Assembly (NCBI GenBank): GCA_964016885.1
Contig: OZ024761.1
Location: 6,262,001 to 6,326,000 of the forward strand
Length of the DNA: 64,000 nt
DNA from: Eledone cirrhosa
Taxonomy: Eukaryota
Direction: 5' to 3'
Shown here: positions 40,286-54,579 of the stretch, in pieces
Layout of the letters: the number at the start of each line of letters is the position of its first letter
Numbering within the stretch: the stretch's first letter is position 1
Translations under genes and position numbers: made by a program
The notes under the pieces: model-generated
What the model was told of the DNA's origin: nothing
Seen by the model: only the letters and a program-made list of their open reading frames with translations
Databases searched by the model: none

Positions 40286-40723
40286 TAATTATATTAACAA
40301 CACCATTATGCCCTAAGATCAATAAATCCTTTATATTTATTAATTTGCTATTTTTTTAAATAAATCATATCAAGGGTTAGTGTTTTATATATATATGGTA
40401 TATATATATAGTATATATATATATTGTGTATATACATCGTATATTTATATATATGCATGGTATATATATATGCATGGTATATATGTATATGTATGGTAGA
40501 TATGTATATGTATGTTATATATATGCACGTTATATGTATATACATGTTTTGCATATGCATTATATATATATATATATATATGTATATACATATATATATA
40601 TATACATATATATACATATACATATATATATACATATACATGTATATATATATACATATACATATATATATATATACATATACATATATATATACATATA
40701 TATATATACATATATATATATAC

Positions 40724-40790
<67 letters not shown>

Positions 40791-40849
40791 CATATGTATA
40801 TATATACACATATTTATGGTATATATACTTATATATATATATATATACC

Positions 40850-40908
<59 letters not shown>

Positions 40909-41061
40909 CATATATATATGTATATATATATATATATGTATATATATATGTATATATATATATATATATACACATATATATATATATATATATACCATAT
41001 ATATATACATATATACATATATATATATACATATATATATATACATATATATATATGTATA

Positions 41062-41093
<32 letters not shown>

Positions 41094-41456
41094 CCATATA
41101 CATATATATATATATTCCATATATATATATATATACCATATATATATATATATATACCATATATATATATACCATATATATATATATACCATATATATAT
41201 ATATACCATATATATATATACCATGTATATATACCCTGCCAACATAGATTGCCATTTGTTTTACATAGAAACAAACTACTTTCCTAAATATCAGAATTTC
41301 GTTAACCCTGAAATTAGATTAGGCTTAAGTAAATTAGAACTATAATTTATTCATACAGAAATACCCCCCCCCCCCTTATATATATTTCTATTTGTGTGTT
41401 TGTATATATATATATGTGTGTGTTTTATATATATATATATATATATGTGTGTGTTT

Positions 41457-41491
<35 letters not shown>

Positions 41492-41640
41492 ATATATATA
41501 AGTGTGTGTTTTATATTTATATATGTGTGTGTGTATATATATATATATGTGTGTTTTATATATATATGTGTGTGTGTGTGTTTATGTTTGTAAGTGTATA
41601 TTAATATATATATACATATATATATATGTAACACGCACAC

Positions 41641-41690
<50 letters not shown>

Positions 41691-41772
41691 GTAGTATTAC
41701 TAAATACAGAAAATCTCGCTTTAGAGTGAAAGCAGAAATTGTTTGTTTAAACATTTAATCTTTGCTAATAAT

Positions 41773-41817
<45 letters not shown>

Positions 41818-41819
<2 letters not shown>

Positions 41820-42790
41820 GAGAAAAACAACCTATACAAATACGTGACCTATAGTAAGGAGCCAATGCTCAGAACTGTACTGAAGGAGGGGACAGTAGGC
41901 CAGGGGATGTCCAAGGAGGAAATAACATCAAGGAGGAAGAGCAGCCTTAAGGGAAAATCCCTTCATAGTACCTTCTTTGAGAAAACTGAATTTAGAGATC
42001 CACAGACATGGAACTGGTTGAGAAGAGGAGACCTCAAAAAGGCTACAGAAGGAATGCTAATGGCTGCGCAGGAGCAGGCCCTCAAAACGAAGTGGTTGAA
42101 GCACCATATCTACAAGGAGGAGGCTAGCCCACTGTGCAGGATCTGTGGAGAGAGAGAGGAGACTGTGGCTCACATTGTGTCCGAGTGTAAACACCTAGCC
42201 CAGACCCACTATAAGGGCTGGAGACACGATGTGATGGGCAGGGTGATCCACTGGCACCTGTGCAAAGTAAACAATTTACCACATTCTGAGAAATGGTATG
42301 AGCATAGGCCAGAGGCGGTGATGGAGAACAATCAGGTGAAGGTGCTGTGGGATTTTAGGATACAGACGGACAAAAAACTGGAACACAATAGACCTGACCT
42401 GGTGGTTGTGGACAAAGAAAAAAGATCGTGTCTGATTGTGGATGTGGCCTGCCCGTTCGACACAAGAGTGCAAGAGGAGGAGAGGGAGAAAATTAACCGA
42501 TACCAGGACCTAAAGTGGGAGGTGAAAAGGATTTGGAACTGCCATGAAGTCAAAGTGATCCCGATTGTCATAGGCGCACTGGGGACTATCTCCAAAAGTT
42601 TCCAGGGATGGTTAAAGAAAATCGGCCCCTTCACGCTTTTTGGAACGCTTCAAAAGGCATGCTTGCTTGGAACAGCAAGAACCCTCCGATACGTCCTGAA
42701 TATCTGAGGCTGCAGGTAGTGGCTTGATATTCAATCCAACGGACTTTCCAGTTAACCAACATCAATGACTGAGATTCAAGGAATAACAAT
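41818..42790 (+). mobile_element. 5'-truncated Dong/R4-clade LINE (restriction-like endonuclease) inserted in (TAA)n
   Basis: Open 296-aa frame: TEGMLMAAQEQAL, CRICGEREETVAHIVSEC, RHD, RPDLVVVD..IVDVACP, KINRYQDL, VIPIVIGALG; (TAA)n on both sides. Confidence 0.92.
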
Positions 42791-43051
42791 AACAATAATA
42801 ATAATAATCATAATAATAATAATAATGATCATAATAATAATAATAATAATTCTTTCTACTTTTGGCACAAGGCCAGCAATTATCTCAGTGAATTACTGGT
42901 ACTTTATTTTATCGACCTCGCAAGGAGGAAAGGCAAAGTTAACCTCGGCGGGACTTGAACTCAGACCGAAAAGGGACGTAACTCTATGCTGTAAAGCATG
43001 GATCTTTGTGAGAGTGTGTGGGTTTGTAAAATATGTGTGTGAGTGAGTGTG

Positions 43052-43413
43052 TACGAGGGTAATCCCAAAAGTAAGGTCTCCAAAGCGATGGGGACGCAGA
43101 GAAACTGTTCGTACGGCTGTTGGCAACACTGTTGTGATTGGTGCTTCCTTCACTCCCAAACAAGGATGCGCGCGCTTCGCTGGGATGCTGAATCTTGGTT
43201 TGGCAGCCGTTGAGAATGGAGCTCCCGTTGAACGCTACCGCAGCCAAGTGCGAATTTCGCGCAGTTATTATATAGAGGGCAATCCCAAAAGTAAGGTCCC
43301 CTTCCGAGGAAAACATGCGTAAAGATCGGCGGATCACTCTGGATGCTGTCTGCATTTTGGTTCCTGAGGTTTCCCGAAGCACCAGAGAGCTTACTTTTTG
43401 GATTGCCCTCGTA
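43052..43413 (+). mobile_element. Internally deleted mariner-like element / MITE with duplicated left TIR
   Basis: TA-CGAGGGTAATCCCAAAAGTAAG at 43052, again at ~43273; inverted CTTACTTTTTGGATTGCCCTCG-TA at ~43390-43413; HTH remnant RKDRRITLDAV..VSRST. Confidence 0.8.
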
Positions 43414-43418
43414 TATAA

Positions 43419-43454
<36 letters not shown>

Positions 43455-43648
43455 CTATATCTACGGAGGCCATAATCAGTTGATTCAGGTTTATTTAAAA
43501 CTCCGTTATACATAGTCCACTAAGGACTACCAGTTACGACAGCCTGTGCTCTTCAGACGGGAAAACCTAAAATACATTGAAAGTTCCTAAGAAATCTTTA
43601 AATTTGGATAAATTCAATAATTTCCCCGAAAAAGATATATATATGTAC

Positions 43649-43729
<81 letters not shown>

Positions 43730-44005
43730 TAAATATATATATATATATGTGTGTATATATGCAAAAGTTTTATTTAAAAAGTTTTATTTATGTGTATATA
43801 TATATATATAGTAACGAGTAGGACCCCGACGGCTGAGCTCAAGCTGTTTCGACGGCTAATTCTGGACTAGTCCAGAATTAGCCGTCGAAACGGCTTGAGC
43901 TCAGCCGTCGGGGTCCTACTCGTTCCTATTACCCACTCTACTACCCTAAGTATTGAGTACTTTGGTGCGTTATGGTCCACCTGGTTCCTTACCACATTTC
44001 CTCCG

Positions 44006-44103
<98 letters not shown>

Positions 44104-44207
44104 ATATATATGTATGTATATATATATTATATGACAAATGTAAAGATATTCAACATTTGAAGATGTGGCAGAGTTACTTTACTAGTGCGCCACTTTTGCG
44201 CCACGGT

Positions 44208-44628
44208 ATACAGTGTACTCCAGGTATTCGCGGTACTGACATTCGCAGAACTTTCCTCGCGGAATCGTAAATATCTTCTGCGATTTTTCATGGCGTTTCT
44301 CGTGGCAATATATATATATATTTTTAACGCTAAATTATTAATAACAATATACTGTTTTTGCCCGGCCTATTGGACGCCCCTTCGCATAAAACGCTCCCTC
44401 TTTATTATATTTTACGTTTTATTTTGACGTTTACAGGCATTTTTATCAACCACATCTGATATTCGCGGTTTTTCACTCTTCGCGGGTGCTCTTTTTTTGT
44501 TATTTTTTTTACGTTATATTTTGACATTTATAGGCACTTTTATTGACCACGTCCAATATTCGCGTATTTTCAAAGTTCGCGGGTGCTCTAGGGACGTAAC
44601 CCCCGCGAGTACTGGGGGGCATCTGTGT
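44208..44628. mobile_element. Tigger/pogo-like MITE (inverted diverged copy at 57885-58223)
   Basis: TA-CAGT..CCAGGTATTCGCGG at left, CCGCGAGTACTGGGGGGCATCTG at right; internal 'cctattggacgccccttcgcataaaacgctccctc' shared with 58010-58050 minus. Confidence 0.65.
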
Positions 44629-44639
44629 ATATTAGTGCT

Positions 44640-46098
44640 TGTGTGTGTTTGTGCATGTTTATGTACGGCTATGTGTTTATGCATGTGTATGTATGTCTAT
44701 GTGTGTGTTTGTGCATGTGTATGTATGTCTATGTATGTGTTTGTGCATGTGTATGTATGTTTATGTGTGTGTTTGTGCATGTGTATGTACGGCTGTGTTT
44801 GTTTGTGCATGTGTATGTATGTCTATGTGTGTGTTTGTGCATGTGTATGTATGTTTATGTGTGTGTTTGTGCATGTGTATGTACGGCTGTGTTTGTTTGT
44901 GCATGTGTATGTATGTCTATGTGTGTGTTTGTGCATGTGTATGTATGTCTATGTGTGTGTTTGTGCATGTGTATGTATGTCTATGTGTGTGTTTGTGCAT
45001 GTGTATGTATGTTTATGTGTGTGTTTGTGCATGTGTATGTATGTTTATGTGTGTGTTTGTGCATGTGTATGTACGGCTGTGTTTGTTTGTGCATGTGTAT
45101 GTATGTCTATGTGTGTGTTTGTGCATGTGTATGTATGTCTATGTGTGTGTTTGTGCATGTGTATATGTGTCTATGTCTGTGTTTGTGCATGTGTATATGT
45201 ATGTGTGTGTTAGTGCATGTGTATGTATGTATATGTGTGTGTTTGTGCATGTGTATATGTGTCTATGTCTGTGTTTGTGCATGTTTATATGTATGTGTGT
45301 GTTTGTGCATGAGTATATATGTCTATGTGTGTGTTTGTGCATGAGTATATATGTCTATGTGTGTATTTGTGCATGTGTATGTACGTCTATGTGTGTGTTT
45401 GTGCATGTGTATGTATGTCTATGTGTGTGTTTGTGCATGTGTATGTATGTCTATGTGTGTGTTTGTGCATGAGTATATATGTCTATGTGTGTGTTTGTGC
45501 ATGTGTATGTACGTCTATGTGTGTGTTTGTGCATGTGTATGTATGTACGGCTGTGTGTGTCTGTGCATGTGTATGTATGTACGGCTGTGTTTGTTAGTGC
45601 ATGTGTATGTACGTCTATGTGTTTGTGTGTGCATGTGTATGTATGTCTGTGTGCGTGTTTGTGCATGTGTATGTACGTCTATGTGTGTGTTAGTGCATGT
45701 GTATGTACGTCTATGTGGGTGTTAGTGCATGCGTATGTATGTCTATGTGTGTGTTAGTGCATGTGTATGTACGTCTATGTGTTTGTTTGTGCATGTGTAT
45801 GTATGTCTATGTGTGTGTTTGTGAATGTGTATGTATGGCTATGTGTGTCTGTGCATGTGTATATACGTCTATGTGTGTGTTTGTGCATGTGTATGTATGT
45901 ACGGCTGTGTGTGTCTGTGCATGTGTATGTATGTACGGCTGTGTGTGTTTGTGCATGTGTATGTACGGCTATGTGTTTATGCATGTGTATGTATGTCTGT
46001 GTGCGTGTTTGTGCATGTGTATGTACGTCTATGTGTGTGTTAGTGCATGTGTATGTATGTCTGTGTGTGTGTTAGTGCATGTGTATGTACGTTTATGT
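44640..46098. repeat. ~32-bp GT-rich minisatellite
   Basis: gtgtgtgtttgtgcatgtgtatgtatgtctat units. Confidence 0.9.
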
Positions 46099-46099
46099 C

Positions 46100-46352
46100 T
46101 AGTCCTGGGTATGACATTAAACTACATCCAGTGGCAAGGTTCCAGTTCGGGAGTTCAGGAGCTGTAGGGAATGTGGAGTTACCCCTTAGTAGGTTACCTT
46201 TTAGTAACTCCCAGGTTTGCTCTGGCCCGGAGTAGAAGTACCTGTTGGGAACCCATATATGGGTTAAATAAATACCTTACTCGAGTGGCCCCGGTAAGGC
46301 ATTATCAGCCATTGAAAAGAAATCTCGGCAATTTTACCCGCCTTAGCTAGAT
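46100..46352 (+). mobile_element. Possible SINE fragment with a tail shared with the RTE LINE family
   Basis: Ends 'atctcggcaattttacccgccttagctag', matching the LINE end 'atctcgggaattttacccgccctagatag' (38360-38385 minus). Confidence 0.5.
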
Positions 46353-46752
46353 GTTCGTCTATGTGTGAGTTTTACTGGTAAAACCTTTGTTTAAACAGGA
46401 TATATAGTATTTGTAATCAACACACCTCTGCCCGTTTCTCGCGGTAATTTACCATCTGCCTTCAACCATTATCTAGTGAGCGACTGGGGAGTGGCACTAT
46501 CGGTAGAGGGTCGGACACCATGCTTTGAAACATAGAGTTACGTCCCTTTATGATCTGAGTTCAAATCCCGCCGAGGTTAACTTTGCCTTTCATCCTTACG
46601 GGGTCGATAAAATAAAGTACCAGTAATGCACTGGGTAATTGCTGGCTTTGTGCCAAAAATAGAAACAATTATCTAGTGAGCAACTGTTTTTACGGTTGTT
46701 TTCTGCGTTTGGGACTCTCACATTATCAAATTTTGAAGCGTGTGCGCGGACA

Positions 46753-46791
<39 letters not shown>

Positions 46792-46797
46792 ACACAA

Positions 46798-46836
<39 letters not shown>

Positions 46837-47124
46837 GATATACACACAAACGCACACACACACACAGATATATATATAGAGAGAGGGGTAAGGAGAGGGA
46901 GATAGTGGGAGTGAGAGAGATAGACTTACGTGTATGTGTGTGTACAGACCCCTTGTGTGTGTGAACGCCCCCTCCCCTGTGTGTAGTACTGCACGTAATG
47001 TTTGATATCACCACTCTACCACTTTCAAGTATCAAGTACCCGGCTTTACTGGGTGGTTGACTAGGGAGGAGAGATAGAGAGATTGTATTTTATCTTTTAA
47101 TCCTCCCATCAATAACAACAATGG

Positions 47125-47472
47125 AGATAAAGGCAAGCGAAGCACTGCCCCCTGGAACTAAAGGCAAGCAAGGCACTGCCCCCCTGGAGCAGACACAAAC
47201 TATGCAGTGTGGAAATGCCTAAACAGACTAAGATCTGGTGTTGGACATGCTAAAGTCACTCTTGCAAAATGGTGATGTTTAAAGGATGGGGACGTTGTGT
47301 GTGACTGCCGCATTGAACCACAAACTACACACCACCTCCTGATATGCCCCCTGCGGGAACACCCCTGCATAGCATTGGACTTGGCAGAGTTTAATGAGAA
47401 AAGACAGCAATGTGTTCAGCTGTGACAGAACCACATCTAGCCAAGCTTTGTAACTGGACATGACACGAAGAA
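47125..47472 (+). mobile_element. RTE-X-like LINE ORF2 C-terminus and 3' UTR
   Basis: LPPGADTNYAVWKCLNRLRSGVG..CDCRIEPQTTHHLLICP zinc knuckle; tail GAAGAAG. Confidence 0.75.
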
Positions 47473-47479
47473 GGCAAGA

Positions 47480-47765
47480 GATCCATTGATGTATCTTTCC
47501 TAGTTAATCCAATCTTGTGCCATCTCTTTTAATTCATCTTAACATTCTTCACTCATTTCCCCCCTTCATCCTTCTTATCTATGTTTCTGTTGGTCTACCT
47601 CGTCTACCGTCCAACTGGATAAATTCCCGGACAAGGTTTCCTTCTCGTCCATAAACATACCCCAACCATTGCCTTCGTGGCAAGCTTATAAACTTATCAA
47701 TTGCTCTTATATTAAGCATCTCTTTGATCATATCACTTAGTCATGTCAGCTGATTCCTGATATTC
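47480..47765 (-). mobile_element. Old RTE-like LINE 3' fragment
   Basis: ..RRQWLGYVYGRE..GRRGRP.. on minus with stops. Confidence 0.5.
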
Positions 47766-47805
47766 TACAAAAAAAACTATCAATTTAACATCAGATGTAG
47801 TGGTG

Positions 47806-48608
47806 CTAAACTGAAGCTCATTTGAGATAACCTCAACACGGATATTTAAACATCAGTCTCAGAGTTAAACTGAAGCTCATTTGAGCTATCCTCAACATGG
47901 ACTTATAAACATGAATCTCAGAGCTAAAGTGAAGCTCATTTGAGCTAACCTCAACATGGACTTATAAACAAGAATCTCAGAGTTAAACTGAAGCTCATTT
48001 GAGTTATCCTCAACATGGACTTATAAACATGAATCTCCGAGTTAAACTGAAGCTCATTTGAGCTAACCTCAACATGGACTTATAAACATGAATCTCAGAG
48101 TTAAACTGAAGCTCAATTGAGCTAACCTCAACATGGACTTATAAACAAGAATCTCAGAGTTAAACTGAAGCTCATTTGAGCTATCCTCAACATGGACTTA
48201 TAAACATGAATCTCCGAGTTAAACTGAAGCTCATTTGAGCTAACCTCAACATGGACTTATAAACATGAATCTCAGAGTTAAACTGAAGCTCATTTGAGCT
48301 AACCTCAACATGGACTTATAAACATGAATCTCAGAGTTAAACTGAAGCTCATTTGAGCTAACCTCAACATGGACTTATAAACATGAATCTCAGAGTTAAA
48401 CTGAAGCTCAATTGAGCTAACCTCAACATGGACTTATAAACATGACTCTCAGAGTTAAACTGAAGCTCAATTGAGCTAACCTCAACATGGACTTATAAAC
48501 ATGAATCTCAGAGTTAAAGTGAAGCTCAATTGAGCTAACCTCAACATGGACTTATAAACATGAATCTCAGAGCTAAAGTTAAGCTCATTTGAGCTAACCT
48601 CAACATGA
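47806..48608. repeat. 59-bp minisatellite, ~13 copies
   Basis: Unit ctcagagttaaactgaagctcatttgagctaacctcaacatggacttataaacatgaat with internal AGCTCA/TGAGCT inverted motif. Confidence 0.95.
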
Positions 48609-49023
48609 AGTTCAGTAGAAAAATAGTACATTATATGTCTCCGAGATGTGGAGCCTCACAGCGGAATTACAGAGGCAAATACTTGCTCAAGGACAGAACT
48701 CACCACCGGGAATCGAACTCTCGACCTTACGAGCGTGAGACCCGAAAGCCCTAACCACTGTTAGGGTGCTCAGCTATGATATATATTATGTATACATGTA
48801 TATGCATGTATGGTTGTCCATATATATATATATATATATAATGCGTGTATATATATAGATAAATATACTTATACACAGATATATGTGTGTGTGTTTAATA
48901 TATATATATATATATATATATGCAGAGGTTATATTTAATTTGTTGGGATTCAACAAGCTTAATATTATATATGTATATATATATGTATATTATATATATA
49001 TATATGTATATATACATATAGAT

Positions 49024-49137
<114 letters not shown>

Positions 49138-49592
49138 ACGATATAAACATATGTAGAACTCGTGTATGTATGTGTGTAAGGGTATGTATGTGTATCTGTG
49201 TGTATGTATGTATGTATATGTGTGCATGTGTATGTGTGTAAGTGTGTATGTGTATATATGTGTCTATGTGTGTAAATGTATATATATGTGTGTATATGTA
49301 TATATATGTGTATATCTGTATCTGTGTGTATATATATATATATATATGTGCGTGTGTGTGTGTATGTATGTGTCTGTATATATGTGTGTATGTGTGTATA
49401 TGTGTATATGTATATATATCTATATATGTGTGTGTGTGTATGTGTATGTTTGTATGTGTGTATGTATGTATATGTATGTGTATATGTGTGTATGTCTGCG
49501 TCTGTGTATATGTATATATGTGTGTGTATGTGTGTGTATCTGTGTATATGTATATATGTGTATGTGTGTGTGTATCTGTGTATATATATATA

Positions 49593-49633
<41 letters not shown>

Positions 49634-49688
49634 AAATATATATGTATATATATATATGTGTGTATGTGTATCTATGTGTATGTGTGTA

Positions 49689-49733
<45 letters not shown>

Positions 49734-49838
49734 ATGTGTATCTATGTGTATGTGTGTGTATCTGTGTATATATATGTGTGTGTAAATATATATGTATATA
49801 TATATATGTGTGTGTGTGTGTATCTGTGTATATATATA

Positions 49839-49891
<53 letters not shown>

Positions 49892-49892
49892 A

Positions 49893-49937
<45 letters not shown>

Positions 49938-49975
49938 ATATATGTATATATATATATATGTGTGTGTGTGTGTAA

Positions 49976-50011
<36 letters not shown>

Positions 50012-50176
50012 ATATATGTATATATATATATATGTGTGTGTGTGTATATATGTATATATATATATATGTGTGTGTGTGTATATATGTATATATATATATG
50101 AAAAAGTATGACCCCGACGGCAGAGCTCAAGCCGTTTCGGCGCCTATTTCTAGACGGTGTATAGATTATATATATA

Positions 50177-50275
<99 letters not shown>

Positions 50276-50302
50276 ATATATATATATATGTGTGTGTGTG
50301 TA

Positions 50303-50365
<63 letters not shown>

Positions 50366-50618
50366 ATATATGTATATATATATATATATAGGAAAAAGTA
50401 TGACCCCGACGGCAGAGCTCAAGATGTTTCGACGGCTATTTCTAGACGGTGTATAGATGATATATATATATATGCGTGTGTATATATATATATATATATA
50501 TATAAGTTGTAATAAAATGAAAACGAAATTTCATTTCTCACTCTTAGTACGACACTTACTTAAATGTAAGTATGTATGTATACGTACATACATATATGTA
50601 TACAGACGTACAGTAGCA

Positions 50619-50664
<46 letters not shown>

Positions 50665-50666
<2 letters not shown>

Positions 50667-51274
50667 CAGGTACACATACATATATGCACGTATCAGTTTA
50701 GCGGACGCTTATTATAACGTCCGCTTTGTTCGTTTGTAAACAAACTGAACAGCCTGAATTTATGCCGTACGGTGTTAAGGCAACAATGTCACCTTTTTGT
50801 TCAACACTGACACAGGAACGATGTACTAGTTTCAAGCTTGTTAGCTATCATCAGCACCGTATACCCTTCTGCCAGATGGTTGAACGTTCGAAAGTATATA
50901 CTTTCCTTATGAAAATTAAGAGTGAGAAATGAAATTTCGTTTTCATTTTATTACAACTTATCGTTTTCGGTACGCCTGGCCGTCTGAACTCACTCGATAT
51001 GCAAATTAGGCTGCTCAGCCGTTAATTTTCATAAGGAAAGTATATACTTTCGAACGTTCAACCATCTGGCAGAAAGGTATACGGTGCTGATGATAGCTAA
51101 CAAGCTTGAAACTAGTACATCGTTCCTGTGTCAGTGTTGAACAAAAAGGTGACGTCGTTGCCTTAACACCGTACGGCATAAATTCAGTCTGTTCAGTTTG
51201 CTTACAAATGAACAAAGCGGGCGTTATAATAAGCGTCCGCTAAACTGATACGTGCATATATGTATGTGTACCTG

Positions 51275-51282
<8 letters not shown>
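50665..51282. mobile_element. Inverted pair (~250-bp arms) of an HHR-bearing pLTR-like element in (TA)n
   Basis: ~50665-50917 is the reverse complement of ~51023-51282 with a few substitutions; extra nested inversions 50500-50546/50918-50961 and 50560-50625/51553-51617. Confidence 0.85.
51081..51123 (+). ncRNA. Type I hammerhead ribozyme (mirror copy at 50818-50860 minus)
   Basis: ACGGTG CTGATGA t AGCT aaca AGCT t GAAA CTAG TA CATCGT: 6-bp stem I, 4-bp stem II, palindromic ACTAGT stem III, GUA site. Confidence 0.88.
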
Positions 51283-51327
<45 letters not shown>

Positions 51328-51408
51328 GTTATTCCGGGTTGAATCGGAGGTAACCACAGTAAGTAAGGTACTCAATACATAGCAGAGTATAACAGTTTTA
51401 ATATAGAA

Positions 51409-51514
51409 GAGATTCTACAGGACTAGAACTGTTTCATTCATTAGAAATCATCAGGAATCTCTGATGATTCCTGATGATTTCTAATGAATGAAACAGTTCT
51501 AGTCCTGTAGAATC
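51409..51514. ncRNA. Inverted pair of hammerhead ribozymes (minus 51409-51461, plus 51466-51514) in element 51328-51530
   Basis: GAGATTC CTGATGA t TTC taat GAA t GAAA CAG ttctagtc CTG TA GAATCTC; truncated family members at 39020-39120, 61843-61938, 60357-60411. Confidence 0.82.
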
Positions 51515-51611
51515 TCTTCTATATTAAAACTATATATATATATATATATATATATGCATGCTACTGTACGTCTGTATGCATATATGTATGTACGTATACA
51601 TACATACTTAC

Positions 51612-51707
<96 letters not shown>

Positions 51708-51996
51708 TATAATTGCTAGTGAAATATCAATGATATTGTAAGTTAGAGCGTCTGTCTCGTCGTTTTATCTCATCCATAAAAAATATCGCCCAACTTCCAC
51801 AAATAAATTCTGACTAATATTCCGGTTAAATCGATCACTTTTATTAAACTACTGGGACTACGTTTATCAAATTATTGTTGGCGGCGCCATCTTGAAATAT
51901 GGAATAACTTATCTTTCTTCTTCTCCTCCGCCTCACTCTATCACTCTCTCTATGTTGGTGTGGCTGTATATGAGTGTATGTGTGTGTGTATGTTTA

Positions 51997-52032
<36 letters not shown>

Positions 52033-52184
52033 CATGCATATGTATATATATAATAGTGTGTGTGTGTGTGTGGATGTATGTATGTGTGTATGTATGTGTG
52101 TGTGTGTATGTGTGTGTATATATATACATGCATATGTATATGTATAAGTGTGTGAGTGTTTATGTGTGTAGGTGTGTGTGCGTA

Positions 52185-52219
<35 letters not shown>

Positions 52220-52970
52220 GCATATGTATATATATAATAGTGTATGTGTGTGTTTATATATACATGCATATGTATATGTATAATTGTGTGTGTGTGTAGG
52301 TGTGTGTGTGTGTGTGTGTATATATATACATGCATATGTATATATATAATAGTGTGTGTGTATGTGTGTTTGTGTGTGAGTGTATCTGTGTGTGTGTGTG
52401 TGTATATATATATACATGCATTTGTATATATATAATAGTGTGTGTGTGTGTATGTGTGTGTGTATGTGTGTATGTGTGTGTGTGTATGTGTGTGTGTATG
52501 TTTGTGTGTATGTGTGTATGTGTGTATGTGTGTATATTGATATAGACACACACAAAGTTACACATATATATATACATATACATATATATCTACATATATA
52601 CATATATATTCGTGTGTGTGTTTATGAGTGTGTATGTGTATAAATATAAGTATGGATGTGTGTTCACATACACATCCATGCGCGCGTAATTTTCCTTATA
52701 TATACTTTTACTATTTTAGCCATTGGTTTTCGGCCATGCTGGGGCATCGCCTTCAATTGTTTTTTTAGTTCTTCATATAAACAGTAATATTTTCCGTCTC
52801 ATATATTTTATCTGTCTTTGTTTGTCGAATCTCTACAGAACATCAATAGACACCCCGTAAAACGGTGCCTCTACAACTCCACAAGGAATTAGGGGTTCTT
52901 TTTACTTTATTAAATGGACACAACATTAGAAATACCGCCACAGCTAGATATATATTTCTGCGAATCTGTC

Positions 52971-53642
52971 ACAACATGTAAAGAGAGAGGAGTAGTTTGA
53001 CTACCTCATACTACTCCTCTCTCTCTTTACCTCTGCTGCCTGTGTACAACATGTAAAGAGAGAGGTGTAGTTTGACTACCTCATACTACTCCTCTCTCTC
53101 TTTACCTCTGCTGCCTGTGTACAACATGTAAAGAGAGAGGTGTAGTTTGACTACCTCATACTACTCCTCTCTCTCTTTACCTCTGCTGCCTGTGTACAAC
53201 ATGTAAAGAGAGAGGGGTAGTTTGACTACCTCATACTACTCCTCTCTCTCTTTACCTCTGCTGCCTGTGTACAACATGTAAAGAGAGAGGTGTAGTTTGA
53301 CTACCTCATACTACTCCTCTCTCTCTTTACCTCTGCTGCCTGTGTACAACATGTAAAGAGAGAGGTGTAGTTTGACTACCTCATACTACTCCTCTCTCTC
53401 TTTACCTCTGCTGCCTGTGTACAACATGTAAAGAGAGAGGAGTAGTTTGACTACCTCACACTACTCCTCTCTCTTTACCTCTGCTGCCTGTGTACAACAT
53501 GTAAAGAGAGAGGAGTAGTTTGACTACCTCATACTACTCCTCTCTCTCTTTACCTCTTGTGTCTGTGTACAACATGTAAAGAGAGAGTAGTAGTTTGACT
53601 ACCTCATACTACTCCTCTCTTTTTACCTCTGCTGCCTGTGTG
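52971..53642. repeat. 75-bp minisatellite of hairpin units, ~9 copies
   Basis: gtaaagagagaggagtagt-ttgactacctcat-actactcctctctctctttac in each unit; period 75 (52971, 53046, 53121..). Confidence 0.95.
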
Positions 53643-53689
53643 AATGTATGTGAGTGTAAAAGGAAGGAAGGGGATGGTGAAAAAACTAC

Positions 53690-54210
53690 GGTGTGTGTGA
53701 GTGTATGTGTGTGTTTGCGTGAATGTATGTGTGTGTGTTTGCGTGAATGTATGTGTGTGTTTGCGTGAATGTATGTGTGTGTTTGTGTGAATGTATGTGT
53801 GTGTGTGTTTGTGTGAATGTATGTGTGTGTGTTTTCGTGAATGTATGTGTGTGTGTTTGAATGTATGTGTGTGTGTCTGTGTGAATGTATGTGTGCGTGT
53901 TTGTGTGAATGTATGTGTGTGTTTGTGTGAATGTATGTGTGTGTGTTTGCGTGAATGTATGTGTATGTTTGTGTATCTGTGTGTGTCTGTGTGAATGTAT
54001 GTGTGTGTGTTTGCGTGAATGTATGTGTATTTTTGTGTATCTGTTGGTGTCTGTGTGAATGTATGTGTGTGTGTTTGTGTGAATGTATATGTGTGTTTGT
54101 GTGAATGTATGTGTGTGTTTGTGTGAATGTATGTGTGTGTGTTTGTGTGAATGAATGTGTGTGTGTTTGTGTGAATGAATGTCTGTGTGTATTTTTGTGT
54201 ATCTGTGTTT
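53690..54210. repeat. 22-24-bp GT-rich minisatellite
   Basis: gtgaatgtatgtgtgtgtgtttgc units. Confidence 0.9.
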
Positions 54211-54579
54211 GCACGTTTATATTTATATACTCATACATATAGATGTATACATATATACATACACACATATATACACACACACACACACACGCACACGCAC
54301 ACGCACACGCACACACACACACACATACATACGCGTCAGCGTGTTGAAACATATTCTAGTGTATCAAAGTGTTAAACATAAACTCATACAGCCACACCCA
54401 ATGTGGGTGTGGCTGTATGAGTTTATGGTAAGTTTATTATAACGACCCCAGTATTATACTGGTACATTCTCTTATTGACACTGAAAGGATGAAAGGCTAA
54501 GTTGACTTGAAGTCAAAACTTAAAGTACCGTAACTAAATCCACAATGTATTTTCTCCGACGCTCTACTGCTTAATTAAG

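Noticed and set aside
51878-51896. CAAGATGGCG (YY1/start-like) on minus
   Set aside because: The ATG is followed by stops within 7 codons and there is no supporting splice or exon structure.
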